DNA of 64,000 nt from a virus: the IMG/VR virus record IMGVR_UViG_3300040959_000809. The stretch is one strand, 5' to 3'. Of this stretch, positions 18,228-28,160 are shown piece after piece (position 1 is the stretch's first letter; each line of letters starts with the position of its first letter). The notes below the pieces were generated by a model. It saw only the letters and a program-made list of their open reading frames with translations. It was not told the origin of the DNA and did not search any database. Position numbers and translations under genes: made by a program.

Positions 18228-20654
18228 TTATTGACCGGACTCAGTTTGATGCCCGTAGTAACCAGTCGCAAGAATATTTGAGCCCCCAGAGTCACTAGCA
18301 ATTTCAACTTTAACAGAGCCACCAGCAAAGGTCCATGCCGGAACTCCCCATTTAGCATTTCTTGTAGATGACAATGCATGCCAAGTACCTAGTGTATCTG
18401 AATTTGCTGGCGTTGGACTATCACCAGCATTTGCTGTAAATCTAATATAATATGTCTGTGAAGGACCTGCGTTAACCCAAGAACCTTGTTGTGCGTCACC
18501 TGTACTATCACCAATTCTCCAAATTGTTCCGTCTGACCTAAACTCCCAGCCGATGATGATGGGAACCCCAGGTGTTAGTCCAAATGCATATATTGGGAAT
18601 GATGAAGTACCACTAAGGCTAACAGTCTCAGTAGGAACATTACCAGTGTTATCCCACGTAAAGCTATATCTACCGCCTGTGCCGAGATTATAATGAGTTA
18701 CCGGTGTGTCTGTTGTTTTTTGTCTCATGAAAAATCTCAACCATGCAGTCCCTGATGTGGAATCAGTTTTTTGCCAAAACCATTTGCGATCAGTTACCAC
18801 ACCATCTCCTGCCGGCAAATCCAAGTATGTATTTAATGAATCACTTCCAGATCCATTTGGTGTATCACCGGATGACAGTTGCATGTAAATTTGATATTGA
18901 GATCTTGTGCTAGCTGGGGCAGGCGGTCTACCACCGTTCCATTCTCCAATATAGTATTTTCCACCGGGGTATTGATTCCCAAGCCCGTATATTTTACCAT
19001 CTTGATTAAATTCAATACCTGGGTCTGCGGATGTATTATCAGTATCACTTATATTAATATTGGAAAGAATCTGTGCGTTTGGATAAACACCAACATTTCT
19101 ATTCTTTATCTGAACCATATCCTCGGGTTCTCTTATTCGATTATATACATTTCTTTCATAATCCAAGAATCCTCCTCCACTACCAAGCAATTGTGTAGAG
19201 TCTGGCCATCCATAAGTATCTCTAATAGATACCCATGCAAGAGGCTGACCGCCATAAGTTCCAAGAGCAAGCCGGTGGTTATACGAAAAGAGTCCAGATC
19301 CTATAAAGATCTGTGTATTCCATGACACAGATGAAGATGTAAAGTATTGACCTTGTGATGTACCATCAATATTAAAGAAACAAAGCACTCCATTTGAATT
19401 GCTTTTTGCATCAACTGATCCTACAAAAATTCGTGCATCTTCTACTTCAAGTAATGCACCAAATGCCTCTGCTGTCCCGGCAGTAAAGGAACTAAAATCT
19501 AGTGTTTTAAGCCATTTACCATTTAAATCGTGTATGTAAACATTACCTTGTGTAGTTGTATCATTATCATTATTAGCACTACTACCGGCATAGCCTGGAG
19601 CACTAATAAAAATTCTATCATACGCTATTCGAACTCTATAACCAAATTTATTATTATCTGCTTTATTTGCAATAATTTCTTCAATAGTGTTTATGAGTTG
19701 GCCATTTAAATCATAGACATATACTTTGCCACGGTGGCGTCCCGTATTTCCATCAGTCCAAGCATTGGCATTTACAGATGTATCTGACCAGTATGGATTT
19801 GCAACTACAATTCTACCACACCCAATTTCAGAACATTCACCGTATCCTGCATAGTCAGTAGGTGGTGCAACCCCTGGTGTAAGATCTGGGTCATACAATA
19901 CACCTGCTATTTGAGCATGCTCATTAAGTAATACCGTATTGTATTTGTGGTAGCCACCACCAGTAACTCCATTATTGCTGGCATCAGCTCTCATGGAAAC
20001 TAATCCATGTGCATATCCAGAATATTCCTGCGAAAGACCCCATATAGTCAGAATTGAAGTACTTCCAGTAATTCTGTCTGAAATCTCATCATCTGTAATT
20101 TCGGCATGTACATTTCCAAAATAATCAAGTAATTGTGCCGACCCTAGCGTCCCAAAGCCAGAGCTGGTCCAAATCATACCATTTGTGCCGCGCTTAAAGC
20201 TTCCGGTAGACAGACTATTAGCTAAATCTACTCCTCCAGTAGAGCTACCTGGCGAGGGTATCCCTGGGGCGAACAATACGTTAGCTGCAGCTGCACCGTT
20301 AGATGGTTGGCTGCTATAAGCATTGATAAAATTTAGACCAGGATATCCTGGTGAACCAGAAGTTAGTGTAGATTCAAAACTTGGAGGTGGTGATCTGAAA
20401 ATACCGTCATTATATTTAGCTATTAAGTGGCCAAATGCATTATCTTTTGACAGTTCAACACCCCAAGCGCCAAGCGTTGTAGTAGATCCGAACGCAAAAA
20501 GCCCACCAGATCCTTGTATTCCGCCACTGGTGGAAAATCCTAAGGGATTTGCCAGATCACCTCCTACAAAAGAACCTGCTGTGCCGAGACTTCCCATCTT
20601 ACCCATAAAAATACCTGGGTTGGATGTAGCTCCTTGGTATGATCTAAATGCCAT
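18228..20654 (-). CDS. FG-GAP-like beta-propeller virion protein with two C-terminal beta domains, 808 aa
   Basis: Repeats such as KFGYRVRIAYDRIFISAPG and GKVYVYDLNGQLINTI. Confidence 0.65.
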   Translation of the reverse strand: MAFRSYQGATSNPGIFMGKMGSLGTAGSFVGGDLANPLGFSTSGGIQGSGGLFAFGSTTTLGAWGVELSKDNAFGHLIAKYNDGIFRSPPPSFESTLTSGSPGYPGLNFINAYSSQPSNGAAAANVLFAPGIPSPGSSTGGVDLANSLSTGSFKRGTNGMIWTSSGFGTLGSAQLLDYFGNVHAEITDDEISDRITGSTSILTIWGLSQEYSGYAHGLVSMRADASNNGVTGGGYHKYNTVLLNEHAQIAGVLYDPDLTPGVAPPTDYAGYGECSEIGCGRIVVANPYWSDTSVNANAWTDGNTGRHRGKVYVYDLNGQLINTIEEIIANKADNNKFGYRVRIAYDRIFISAPGYAGSSANNDNDTTTQGNVYIHDLNGKWLKTLDFSSFTAGTAEAFGALLEVEDARIFVGSVDAKSNSNGVLCFFNIDGTSQGQYFTSSSVSWNTQIFIGSGLFSYNHRLALGTYGGQPLAWVSIRDTYGWPDSTQLLGSGGGFLDYERNVYNRIREPEDMVQIKNRNVGVYPNAQILSNINISDTDNTSADPGIEFNQDGKIYGLGNQYPGGKYYIGEWNGGRPPAPASTRSQYQIYMQLSSGDTPNGSGSDSLNTYLDLPAGDGVVTDRKWFWQKTDSTSGTAWLRFFMRQKTTDTPVTHYNLGTGGRYSFTWDNTGNVPTETVSLSGTSSFPIYAFGLTPGVPIIIGWEFRSDGTIWRIGDSTGDAQQGSWVNAGPSQTYYIRFTANAGDSPTPANSDTLGTWHALSSTRNAKWGVPAWTFAGGSVKVEIASDSGGSNILATGYYGHQTESGQ

Positions 20655-20664
20655 TTATAATACC

Positions 20665-21318
20665 TTAAAAGGAAATGTTGTTGAAGTTTGAAAATGTCGA
20701 TACATCATTTAAATCAATAGCTTCTAATCTCTCAGCTACCTTCTTTTTCCTTCCTATGAGATTTCCAATAATCTGATCGTTTTCCTCTGCTTTTGCTAGA
20801 ACCTTAGGAGCAAGAATTGCAACTGTGGTTTCTCTTGCATCTGCAATTGCGGTCAGTAGTGGAGTTGATACTGAATTGTCAGCTGTATATGCTAAGGCTT
20901 CTACTCTTTGCTGTGCAAATGTTGATCTTTCAGCCTCAGAATAGCCATTATTATTTGCTGCCATAACTAATTGAGTAAATGACCCTTCTGCCTCGGATTT
21001 TTTTGCTATTTTATAAGTCTTCGCCGCAGCAATTTTTTCTTCATCAGTTGTAAATCTATCAAACGCCTCAAGTTGTGTTGTCCAGACACCATCAACCAGT
21101 GAAACACCAACTGTACGAACCGCCTGATCCCAATTTAAAGAAGGTACGTCTCCTTGTTCTACTATCACATAATCTGATGGGAGATTTGATCTTAGATTTT
21201 CTAGTTCTGGGTTTTGTTTAATTGCGGCCAATAGTTCTGGGTGTTGAAAATGATCCAGAATAGGAAACTCTGCTATCTCATTTGTATCTGGATTGATCTT
21301 AGCAATACGATAAGACAT
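20665..21318 (-). CDS. Tail-fibre assembly-type protein, 217 aa
   Basis: YSEAERSTFAQQRVEALAY...TPLLTAIADAR...KVLAKA...IGNLIG pattern typical of fibre-adjacent proteins. Confidence 0.55.
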   Translation of the reverse strand: MSYRIAKINPDTNEIAEFPILDHFQHPELLAAIKQNPELENLRSNLPSDYVIVEQGDVPSLNWDQAVRTVGVSLVDGVWTTQLEAFDRFTTDEEKIAAAKTYKIAKKSEAEGSFTQLVMAANNNGYSEAERSTFAQQRVEALAYTADNSVSTPLLTAIADARETTVAILAPKVLAKAEENDQIIGNLIGRKKKVAERLEAIDLNDVSTFSNFNNISF

Positions 21319-21330
21319 ATTATAATTCCT

Positions 21331-22941
21331 CTAATTTTGTGTTACACCTGTGGACCGTTCAATAAGCCCATCATAGGTTGTTGGTATTTTAAATATATTT
21401 ATACACGCCCCTGTTGTATTCCAGTTGTTAGAAAGTACTAAGAGACCATAGCCAAGAGATATTTTTGTGCTCGCATAGCCGAAGCCGGTCGAAAAAGAGG
21501 TCCCCGCTGTGTCGTCCGTTGCGTTTGTGTTGCCTAACATATCTTCTGCATATACTACATCAATAAATCTACCGTTAATATCATAAAGTTCCGTTGGGGC
21601 AAATTGGTCAGTAGAATTAGGTGCTGAAGAAACTGTCCCAGCAGGATAAAACGCGCGGCTTGCAATTATGCCGCCGTATATGCCACATCCGTACTCTTGA
21701 TACGGTTGGCTAAAAGTACTATCTGTTGGAGAATCTTGGCATCCCAAAATAGAAAATTGATAATTACCATCCATATCATAAATATATCTTGCACCAATCA
21801 TCCGCGACGAGGGGTTGGCGACATTCCTGGCTGATATCATTATTCTACCAGATCCTATCTTTATATCTTCTCCGATTTTTAAACTTGTCTGCAAAGAAGT
21901 TGAAAAATTTGTCTGCCATGGGTGATAAAGTATCTTTTCAAAATTTCCGTTGAGATCAAACATATGAACCTGACCCATATTTCCTTGCGATGCAGCCTGA
22001 TTGGGGGAATATTGGACAGCTGTGTCCAGTGCCGAAACAACTATTTTTCCGTATCCAATCGCTTGCTGGGCAGTATTTGTTCCACCGTATGTCCGGCCAC
22101 CAAAACTTGCGCTGAAAAATGGTCTATCGTAATCATAAACCATTGGGTCTGGATTCCCAAATGAATTTGATGAAGTAGTGCTATAATATTCCATCTCATT
22201 CTTCCAGAGAAGATTAGGACATATTATATTTCCGTTATAATCGTATATAGTAGCATTTCCTTGGAATGAGCCTGTTCCGGGGTCACCTGGATATCCAGGG
22301 TCTCCGTCAGGCGGCGTAAATCTGTAGTTTCCACTAGCTCTTTGTCTACCGACTACTATTCTTCCACAACCTGCCGCTGCGGCCATACCAAAAGAATCTG
22401 AAGATGTATATAAAGTAGATGGAATAGGAAGTGTGCGCAATAAATTGCCCATTTGATCGTAGACATATGTTCTACCGACATCAAGGTCGCCTCCATTATC
22501 GTATGCATTAGGATCATTATCATAATCATTTGAATTTACTATAAGTAAACCGTCAACACAGTAAATACCCCAACCAAATCCAGTATTACCCGATAAACTA
22601 GTTTCAGGAGCATCTATTCTTCCAAGATAATCTCCGTCAAAACTAAACATATGAACACAGCCCACATCACTATTGTATGTATGGTTACCTACAAATATTC
22701 TGCTTTCGCCTATTGCAGTACCACCTGCGCCAAAATAAGGTTCTGGTGTAGGCGGTTGAACAGTAATACAAGATGCTTGAATATCACCTGCAGTGTAATT
22801 ACTTAGAGTCGGCAGGTCACCGATGGATTCTGGATATCCAACTGACAACTGTACATTATCTATGGTTGTCAGTATCTCTCCTGCATTCCCAATGTGTTTG
22901 TTGCCTCCATAACCGGCGCCTAATGGTGTTTTAAATCCCAT
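21331..22941 (-). CDS. FG-GAP-like beta-propeller protein, 536 aa
   Basis: SFGMAAAAGCGRIVVG, GQVHMFDLNGNFEKIL and similar repeats. Confidence 0.65.
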   Translation of the reverse strand: MGFKTPLGAGYGGNKHIGNAGEILTTIDNVQLSVGYPESIGDLPTLSNYTAGDIQASCITVQPPTPEPYFGAGGTAIGESRIFVGNHTYNSDVGCVHMFSFDGDYLGRIDAPETSLSGNTGFGWGIYCVDGLLIVNSNDYDNDPNAYDNGGDLDVGRTYVYDQMGNLLRTLPIPSTLYTSSDSFGMAAAAGCGRIVVGRQRASGNYRFTPPDGDPGYPGDPGTGSFQGNATIYDYNGNIICPNLLWKNEMEYYSTTSSNSFGNPDPMVYDYDRPFFSASFGGRTYGGTNTAQQAIGYGKIVVSALDTAVQYSPNQAASQGNMGQVHMFDLNGNFEKILYHPWQTNFSTSLQTSLKIGEDIKIGSGRIMISARNVANPSSRMIGARYIYDMDGNYQFSILGCQDSPTDSTFSQPYQEYGCGIYGGIIASRAFYPAGTVSSAPNSTDQFAPTELYDINGRFIDVVYAEDMLGNTNATDDTAGTSFSTGFGYASTKISLGYGLLVLSNNWNTTGACINIFKIPTTYDGLIERSTGVTQN

Positions 22942-22952
22942 ATTTTATTATC

Positions 22953-24671
22953 CTATCCGCTATATACTTGTGGTGATTGCCAACTTAAGCCTGTTGTGCC
23001 AGCAATATCAATGGTTGAATTGTATTTTCTCCAGCGATGTGATTTACTAATTATATCTCTTGGTCTCATTGGCTTTGTGCCTGCTCTTATCTGTAAATAT
23101 TCTGCTCCAGTACTGTTTAGTGAATATCCTATTATATTAAATTCTCTGGAAGTACAATTTTGAGCAACATAATGAGTTCTAGTACCATAATTAGCACCAC
23201 CTGAGATTGAAAAATCATCCATGATATTATGTGCATGTTGGTTATATGCAATTATGTGGTTATTATTAATTCTGCCCATTGATCTATATCTTCCAAACCC
23301 ATCATATGTGGATGATGTATTTGGAGGCTCTATATAACTTATGTATATTCCACTTACTGTATCATATGTAAATATTTTTTTATTAGTATCGTTTGATGTC
23401 CCAACAAAAAGATGTGTACCATCTCCTTCGACCCAATTACCAAACCCGTGTACAGTGTCCAATAAACTCATAGGAGGTCCTATTTCACCAATAAACTTTC
23501 GACTGAGTGAACTGAACATATATACTGCTCCAATCCCACCTCCTGCAAAAGGAGAACCTACGAATAATTTATCGTCGATTACTTTCATGCACCAACCATA
23601 TTTGTCGCCAGACTCAACAACCGTTTCGATAGGTGCAAAAAGGGATGGAGGGCTATCTGCATATGGATAAAGACTAATATTTTGCGCTGACAAAGTAAAA
23701 TTTGGTATATTTGCTCGGTCTGTTAATGAATTAGTTCCTATTCCGAATGGCACACTATATACTCTACCTGAATTATATTTACTAACGGATCCATCAGGGG
23801 AAAAACCAGGTGCTCCAATATAAAGTGTGCCGTTACACCACGCTAACGAGTGCCCAAACTTCATTCCTTCATGTGAAAAATTCGAGTATAAATTATTTGG
23901 AGATAGTGTACTTAATAAAACACCTTTTTTATCATACACATATACACAACCGGCAGCACCACCTGTTGTAGTATTCGCATTTGCCCAGCGTTCAGACGAT
24001 CCTAAGCCTCCACCGCTAAGTGTAGTTACTGTAACACCAGATGGTTTTCCACCTGGACATCCTACAAATATTTTATTTCCGCCAATGACAACCGATGCGC
24101 CGTAATGGGCATATGATTTCTGATCGCCGGCGGGAAGATTAAGAGTCTCTCGAATACCATAAAGATTAAACCCTGTTGGAGTTGCTGGGTTGTGAACATT
24201 ACGAGTATAGACAACACCTTCTTCTATATTACCGTTTTGCGTGGTATGGGGATGTCCAGTAATTAAAGTATGAGTTTCTGTAACCTTTCCAGGTGTGGTC
24301 GAGTTTATTTCGACTGGTGTGCCACTACCAGGGACTTGGTTGCCGCCCCACCAAGGAGCAATATCAAAACAACTACTTCCATATTCTGACATACCACGAT
24401 GAGAAACACCGTTAACATCCAAGGGTAATTCTTCCAAGTTTTCTGTGCCCAAAATGTTTTTTGGAAAGTCATTCATTGCTGTAGGTTTACGATTAGTAGA
24501 AAAAACTGCAGGTTCACCAGGTTGAGAACCTATAGTAGATTCAATTAAAACTGAAGTGTCATGATTAGCGCCTTCAAGCCCGACGATGCTTGCATACGCA
24601 GAAACCGGACCTCCGCCACTTGAAGTTGGCACATTATTACTTCCCTGAGTTACTTTTTTAATAAAAGACAT
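22953..24671 (-). CDS. FG-GAP-like beta-propeller protein, 572 aa
   Basis: HYGASVVIGGNKIFVGCPG, KFGHSLAWCNGTLYIGAPG, KYGWCMKVIDDKLFVGSP. Confidence 0.7.
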   Translation of the reverse strand: MSFIKKVTQGSNNVPTSSGGGPVSAYASIVGLEGANHDTSVLIESTIGSQPGEPAVFSTNRKPTAMNDFPKNILGTENLEELPLDVNGVSHRGMSEYGSSCFDIAPWWGGNQVPGSGTPVEINSTTPGKVTETHTLITGHPHTTQNGNIEEGVVYTRNVHNPATPTGFNLYGIRETLNLPAGDQKSYAHYGASVVIGGNKIFVGCPGGKPSGVTVTTLSGGGLGSSERWANANTTTGGAAGCVYVYDKKGVLLSTLSPNNLYSNFSHEGMKFGHSLAWCNGTLYIGAPGFSPDGSVSKYNSGRVYSVPFGIGTNSLTDRANIPNFTLSAQNISLYPYADSPPSLFAPIETVVESGDKYGWCMKVIDDKLFVGSPFAGGGIGAVYMFSSLSRKFIGEIGPPMSLLDTVHGFGNWVEGDGTHLFVGTSNDTNKKIFTYDTVSGIYISYIEPPNTSSTYDGFGRYRSMGRINNNHIIAYNQHAHNIMDDFSISGGANYGTRTHYVAQNCTSREFNIIGYSLNSTGAEYLQIRAGTKPMRPRDIISKSHRWRKYNSTIDIAGTTGLSWQSPQVYSG

Positions 24672-24674
24672 TTA

Positions 24675-24941
24675 TTACTGATCCTCCAAATCAACAAATG
24701 TGGATATAACATTTTCCTTTTGGACAATAAAAAAATCATTTGTTGTTAATGACCATAATACTGTATTTGAATTATCCGCATTATCGTTAATCGTTTGATA
24801 TTGCTCTGGCATATTTGTTACGATATCGGGGTGCAAGGTAAAAAAATCATATTTTGATTCGTGATCATATTCGTTTATTAAATATGATATTGCTAATTTT
24901 TTATGTGCCTTAGCAGGGATTAAAATTGCTTCTTTTTTCAT
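24675..24941 (-). CDS. Hypothetical protein, 88 aa
   Basis: GAGG upstream; AATAAATA at 24961-24968. Confidence 0.65.
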   Translation of the reverse strand: MKKEAILIPAKAHKKLAISYLINEYDHESKYDFFTLHPDIVTNMPEQYQTINDNADNSNTVLWSLTTNDFFIVQKENVISTFVDLEDQ

Positions 24942-24974
24942 TTGTAATACCTCAATATTTTATTTATTATTTCT

Positions 24975-26696
24975 CTATACATCATAGAGGTATGTATAAA
25001 AACCTTGAGCTAATATATTGGAACCATCTGATTGATCTGATATTTCCACCCTCATATCTGCTCCAACATTTGACCCACTTGCAGACCAGTATATTTTTCT
25101 GTCTTGTGTAAAATCGTGCCAAACATCTATTGCGTCGCCGATGTCAGGATCATCTCCTGATAATTTGGTAAATCTCACATAGTATGTTCCTAATGGTGGA
25201 TTACTACTACACCAAGTACCTCGTTGTTTATTTACAAGTCCTGTCTTGCCCCAAACAGTACCATTTGATTTAAATTCCCAACCGCCATCAAAATTTTCCA
25301 ATTGTCTATTTTCAAGAAAGCCACCATATAGTGCAATGGTCTCAACAACATTGTCAAATAATTCTTTAGGTTTTCTTTTATACTCTTGGTCGATGTTATT
25401 ATATGCGTCTTTGAGAGCTGGTGTATTATAAAAGAAAACCTGACCCTTATCGCCTTGCACGGGTGCGGTCCCAAGAGGATCACCAAATATTACCAAGCCG
25501 TCGGCTGCAGCAAATCCTTCTCGAATCATTACAGTATCAGATGATGAATATACTAATCCGTCTCCAGGAGAAACCAAATTAGTCATTGGTATTGTTCCAA
25601 TAAAATTACCTTCAAGATCATATACAGAAGGTTCGGTATCTGCTCGTTTTTTGATATAAATTCGTCCATCACCAACACCGACCATACGCCCCCAACCTCC
25701 CGTTGCGGTAGGATTTGGATCTCTAATGATATTTAAAAAATTACCATCGTAATCAAAAATAGCAACAATACCTTCTTGGAATAAACCACCAGCAGGAGAA
25801 AAATAAGAGCAACCAATTGCTAGAATACCATTTCCCATAGAAATATGATCACCAAATGGTAATCCATCACCGCCACTTAATCCCAGTGGTATGTCTGCTA
25901 ACCCAATACTTTTAATTAAGACACCGGATAAATCATGTAGATTAACATAGTCACTTTGTGATGGTAGAGGATAATCTCCTGAAGGCGGCGCACTTGAAAG
26001 ACGGACAGGAATTGCCAGTCTATTGTGAGAACCATCTATTGGTTTTGTTAGACTAAATTTGTCTGTTCCAGGAGTATAGAATTTTGTAATATATTCGCCA
26101 TCAAGATCAAATACATATACGGCAATGTAATAGTCCGGACTGGCATTTCCACCGTCAGTCGAACATAGTACATAAATTCTTCCACCTATAATTTTTATGC
26201 CGGTTCCAAATGCTCGGCCTTTGGAAACCAAAGTGGGTGGTTCTGGATGCAGGACCTTTTTAATATATGCTTTACTTACAGAATCCCAGAGATGAAAAGC
26301 ACCATTCCAAGCATCGGTACCACCAATTCCATCATCTTGCTGCTCACTTACTACTATTCTTCCGTAACCAATATCCACATGTCTTGCAAACTCATCGCCT
26401 GCAATCACACCTGGTCGTTCAAGTACCTCTCCATAATTTCCTTCAAAGTCAAACAAATATGCAAAACCAGAGTTATCATCACTGGATGTACCACTTGGAC
26501 TACCAATTACAACTTTACCATCACCTATTGCTATTGCCTGTCCAAAACTATACGATCCAGGTGAGGATCTAATATTTTTTAATATAGGCATCTGCAAATT
26601 ATTATAGCCTTTTGGAAAGCTAAAATCGGAATCAATAACCGTTCTGTTTTGGTCCACATAATATGTTGTAATTTGATTGTTTACTTTAATTGCCAT
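24975..26696 (-). CDS. FG-GAP-like beta-propeller protein with one C-terminal beta domain, 573 aa
   Basis: SFGQAIAIGDGKVVIGSP, VFDLDGEYI, IFDYDGNFL. Confidence 0.65.
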   Translation of the reverse strand: MAIKVNNQITTYYVDQNRTVIDSDFSFPKGYNNLQMPILKNIRSSPGSYSFGQAIAIGDGKVVIGSPSGTSSDDNSGFAYLFDFEGNYGEVLERPGVIAGDEFARHVDIGYGRIVVSEQQDDGIGGTDAWNGAFHLWDSVSKAYIKKVLHPEPPTLVSKGRAFGTGIKIIGGRIYVLCSTDGGNASPDYYIAVYVFDLDGEYITKFYTPGTDKFSLTKPIDGSHNRLAIPVRLSSAPPSGDYPLPSQSDYVNLHDLSGVLIKSIGLADIPLGLSGGDGLPFGDHISMGNGILAIGCSYFSPAGGLFQEGIVAIFDYDGNFLNIIRDPNPTATGGWGRMVGVGDGRIYIKKRADTEPSVYDLEGNFIGTIPMTNLVSPGDGLVYSSSDTVMIREGFAAADGLVIFGDPLGTAPVQGDKGQVFFYNTPALKDAYNNIDQEYKRKPKELFDNVVETIALYGGFLENRQLENFDGGWEFKSNGTVWGKTGLVNKQRGTWCSSNPPLGTYYVRFTKLSGDDPDIGDAIDVWHDFTQDRKIYWSASGSNVGADMRVEISDQSDGSNILAQGFYTYLYDV

Positions 26697-26705
26697 ATTC
26701 GTGTC

Positions 26706-28160
26706 CTATGTTACTCTCTCATCCATATTAATATAAGTACTCAGTAATGTTTCTGTCGCACTACCAACTGTCTGTGGTAGTTTATATCTGTAAACAAAAC
26801 CACCTTGCCCATTAATTTCACCACATATGAATACATAGCCATCAGCTATATTAACTTGCTCTACTACGTGTGGTTGGTTGTTTTTCAAAGGATGAATATT
26901 AAATGCTTCTATAAGATTGTGGTCCTTAAGCGACCAGACATTTACACGAGCTGTGCCATTAGTTGAATGTGCTGCATTTGCAGTACCGACAATAAATCCA
27001 CAACCTATATCAAAATCACCATCTACTGATGTACCATCACCTTTTGTTCCGAATGCACCACCATTAGCTCTTGCATTTACCATTTTAATTGGGCCGTGCA
27101 TTTTACCAGAGTTAATTTCCCAATAAACTATGCCGCCAGGGTTTAAAACAGGTTGGTGCCATTGATCACCTGATGAACCATCTAATGTGGTACCTACATA
27201 CCCAGAACCTACTCTAATTCTTCTTCCCATGTTTTCAGGATAAGATGTACCAGGTAGTTCATATGAAGGATAATAGTAATTTCTCATCCATTTTCCGTCA
27301 GTAGTCCAAGCAGAAACACCACCAGTTCTATTCCAAGTTTCTGACGGCCCACCAAGATCATTAACTTGGTATCTCATATCCTTATCGGCAATGAAAAATC
27401 TACCTTCACCGTGGGCAATGGCATTCCCAAATGAACTATCTTGAGCATCAATAAAGGTATTTCCTAACTGATCTGTCCACCATTCTGAAGGTCTTATAAA
27501 CGTATTAGCAAGGGCAAACGGTAAATTTGATGTATTCTTTGCATCCATAAATTCAACCGAAAAGCCTGTTTGGGCAGCAGTACCTTGATATGATTTAGTC
27601 AGTGGAGATCCAATTACTGCTATGTCATCATTGCCTACCGTAAATGTATTCTTTGATCCTGTTTTGCCTTCATTCTCATTTCTAGCATTAAGTCGAATTA
27701 TAGAAAAACGGTAGTTTCCAAAATGATCTCTTACTTCAATATTACCTGGATTAGTAAAACCATTGTGATCAGCCTCGGGTTGGCCAATTAGTATTTTACC
27801 TTGCCCTAATTCAATGTGTTCACCAAATCTTGTGGCTCCAGCTGAATAAAGAGATGGTGTTAGGTTTTTCCAAAGTTCACCAGAATAATTTGTAATCCAT
27901 ACCTGACCGGACGTTACATCCTCTGGGTTTCCAATTACAAGTTTTCCAGCCCCTACAGCAACTGAAGTAACTTTTCCAAATTCGTTTGATGCTGGGTTCC
28001 AAAGATCCCATTGCAGTTGTGGATTTATTTCAAAAAGAGTTGCTTGAATAGTTGGTACATTTGGATAAATGACCGAAGGACCATCAGATGCTATTTGTGA
28101 ATTGGTGGAATCATCATATACCGCACCATTGGCATTATAATTGTTTATAAAAACACTCAT
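26706..28160 (-). CDS. FG-GAP-like beta-propeller protein, 484 aa
   Basis: RFGEHIELGQGKILIGQP, SFGNAIAHGEGRFFIAD. Confidence 0.65.
   Translation of the reverse strand: MSVFINNYNANGAVYDDSTNSQIASDGPSVIYPNVPTIQATLFEINPQLQWDLWNPASNEFGKVTSVAVGAGKLVIGNPEDVTSGQVWITNYSGELWKNLTPSLYSAGATRFGEHIELGQGKILIGQPEADHNGFTNPGNIEVRDHFGNYRFSIIRLNARNENEGKTGSKNTFTVGNDDIAVIGSPLTKSYQGTAAQTGFSVEFMDAKNTSNLPFALANTFIRPSEWWTDQLGNTFIDAQDSSFGNAIAHGEGRFFIADKDMRYQVNDLGGPSETWNRTGGVSAWTTDGKWMRNYYYPSYELPGTSYPENMGRRIRVGSGYVGTTLDGSSGDQWHQPVLNPGGIVYWEINSGKMHGPIKMVNARANGGAFGTKGDGTSVDGDFDIGCGFIVGTANAAHSTNGTARVNVWSLKDHNLIEAFNIHPLKNNQPHVVEQVNIADGYVFICGEINGQGGFVYRYKLPQTVGSATETLLSTYINMDERVT

Noticed and set aside
26694-26708. TAG stop of the 484-aa gene is in frame with the next ATG three codons later; the same occurs at 21316-21333 with four codons. 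Possible read-through fusion or TAG recoding.
   Set aside because: The TAG codons overlap the next gene's Shine-Dalgarno (TAGGAC, TAGAGG). The other TAG junctions (22953, 24975) are not in frame with the next gene, and all long genes are intact in the standard code.
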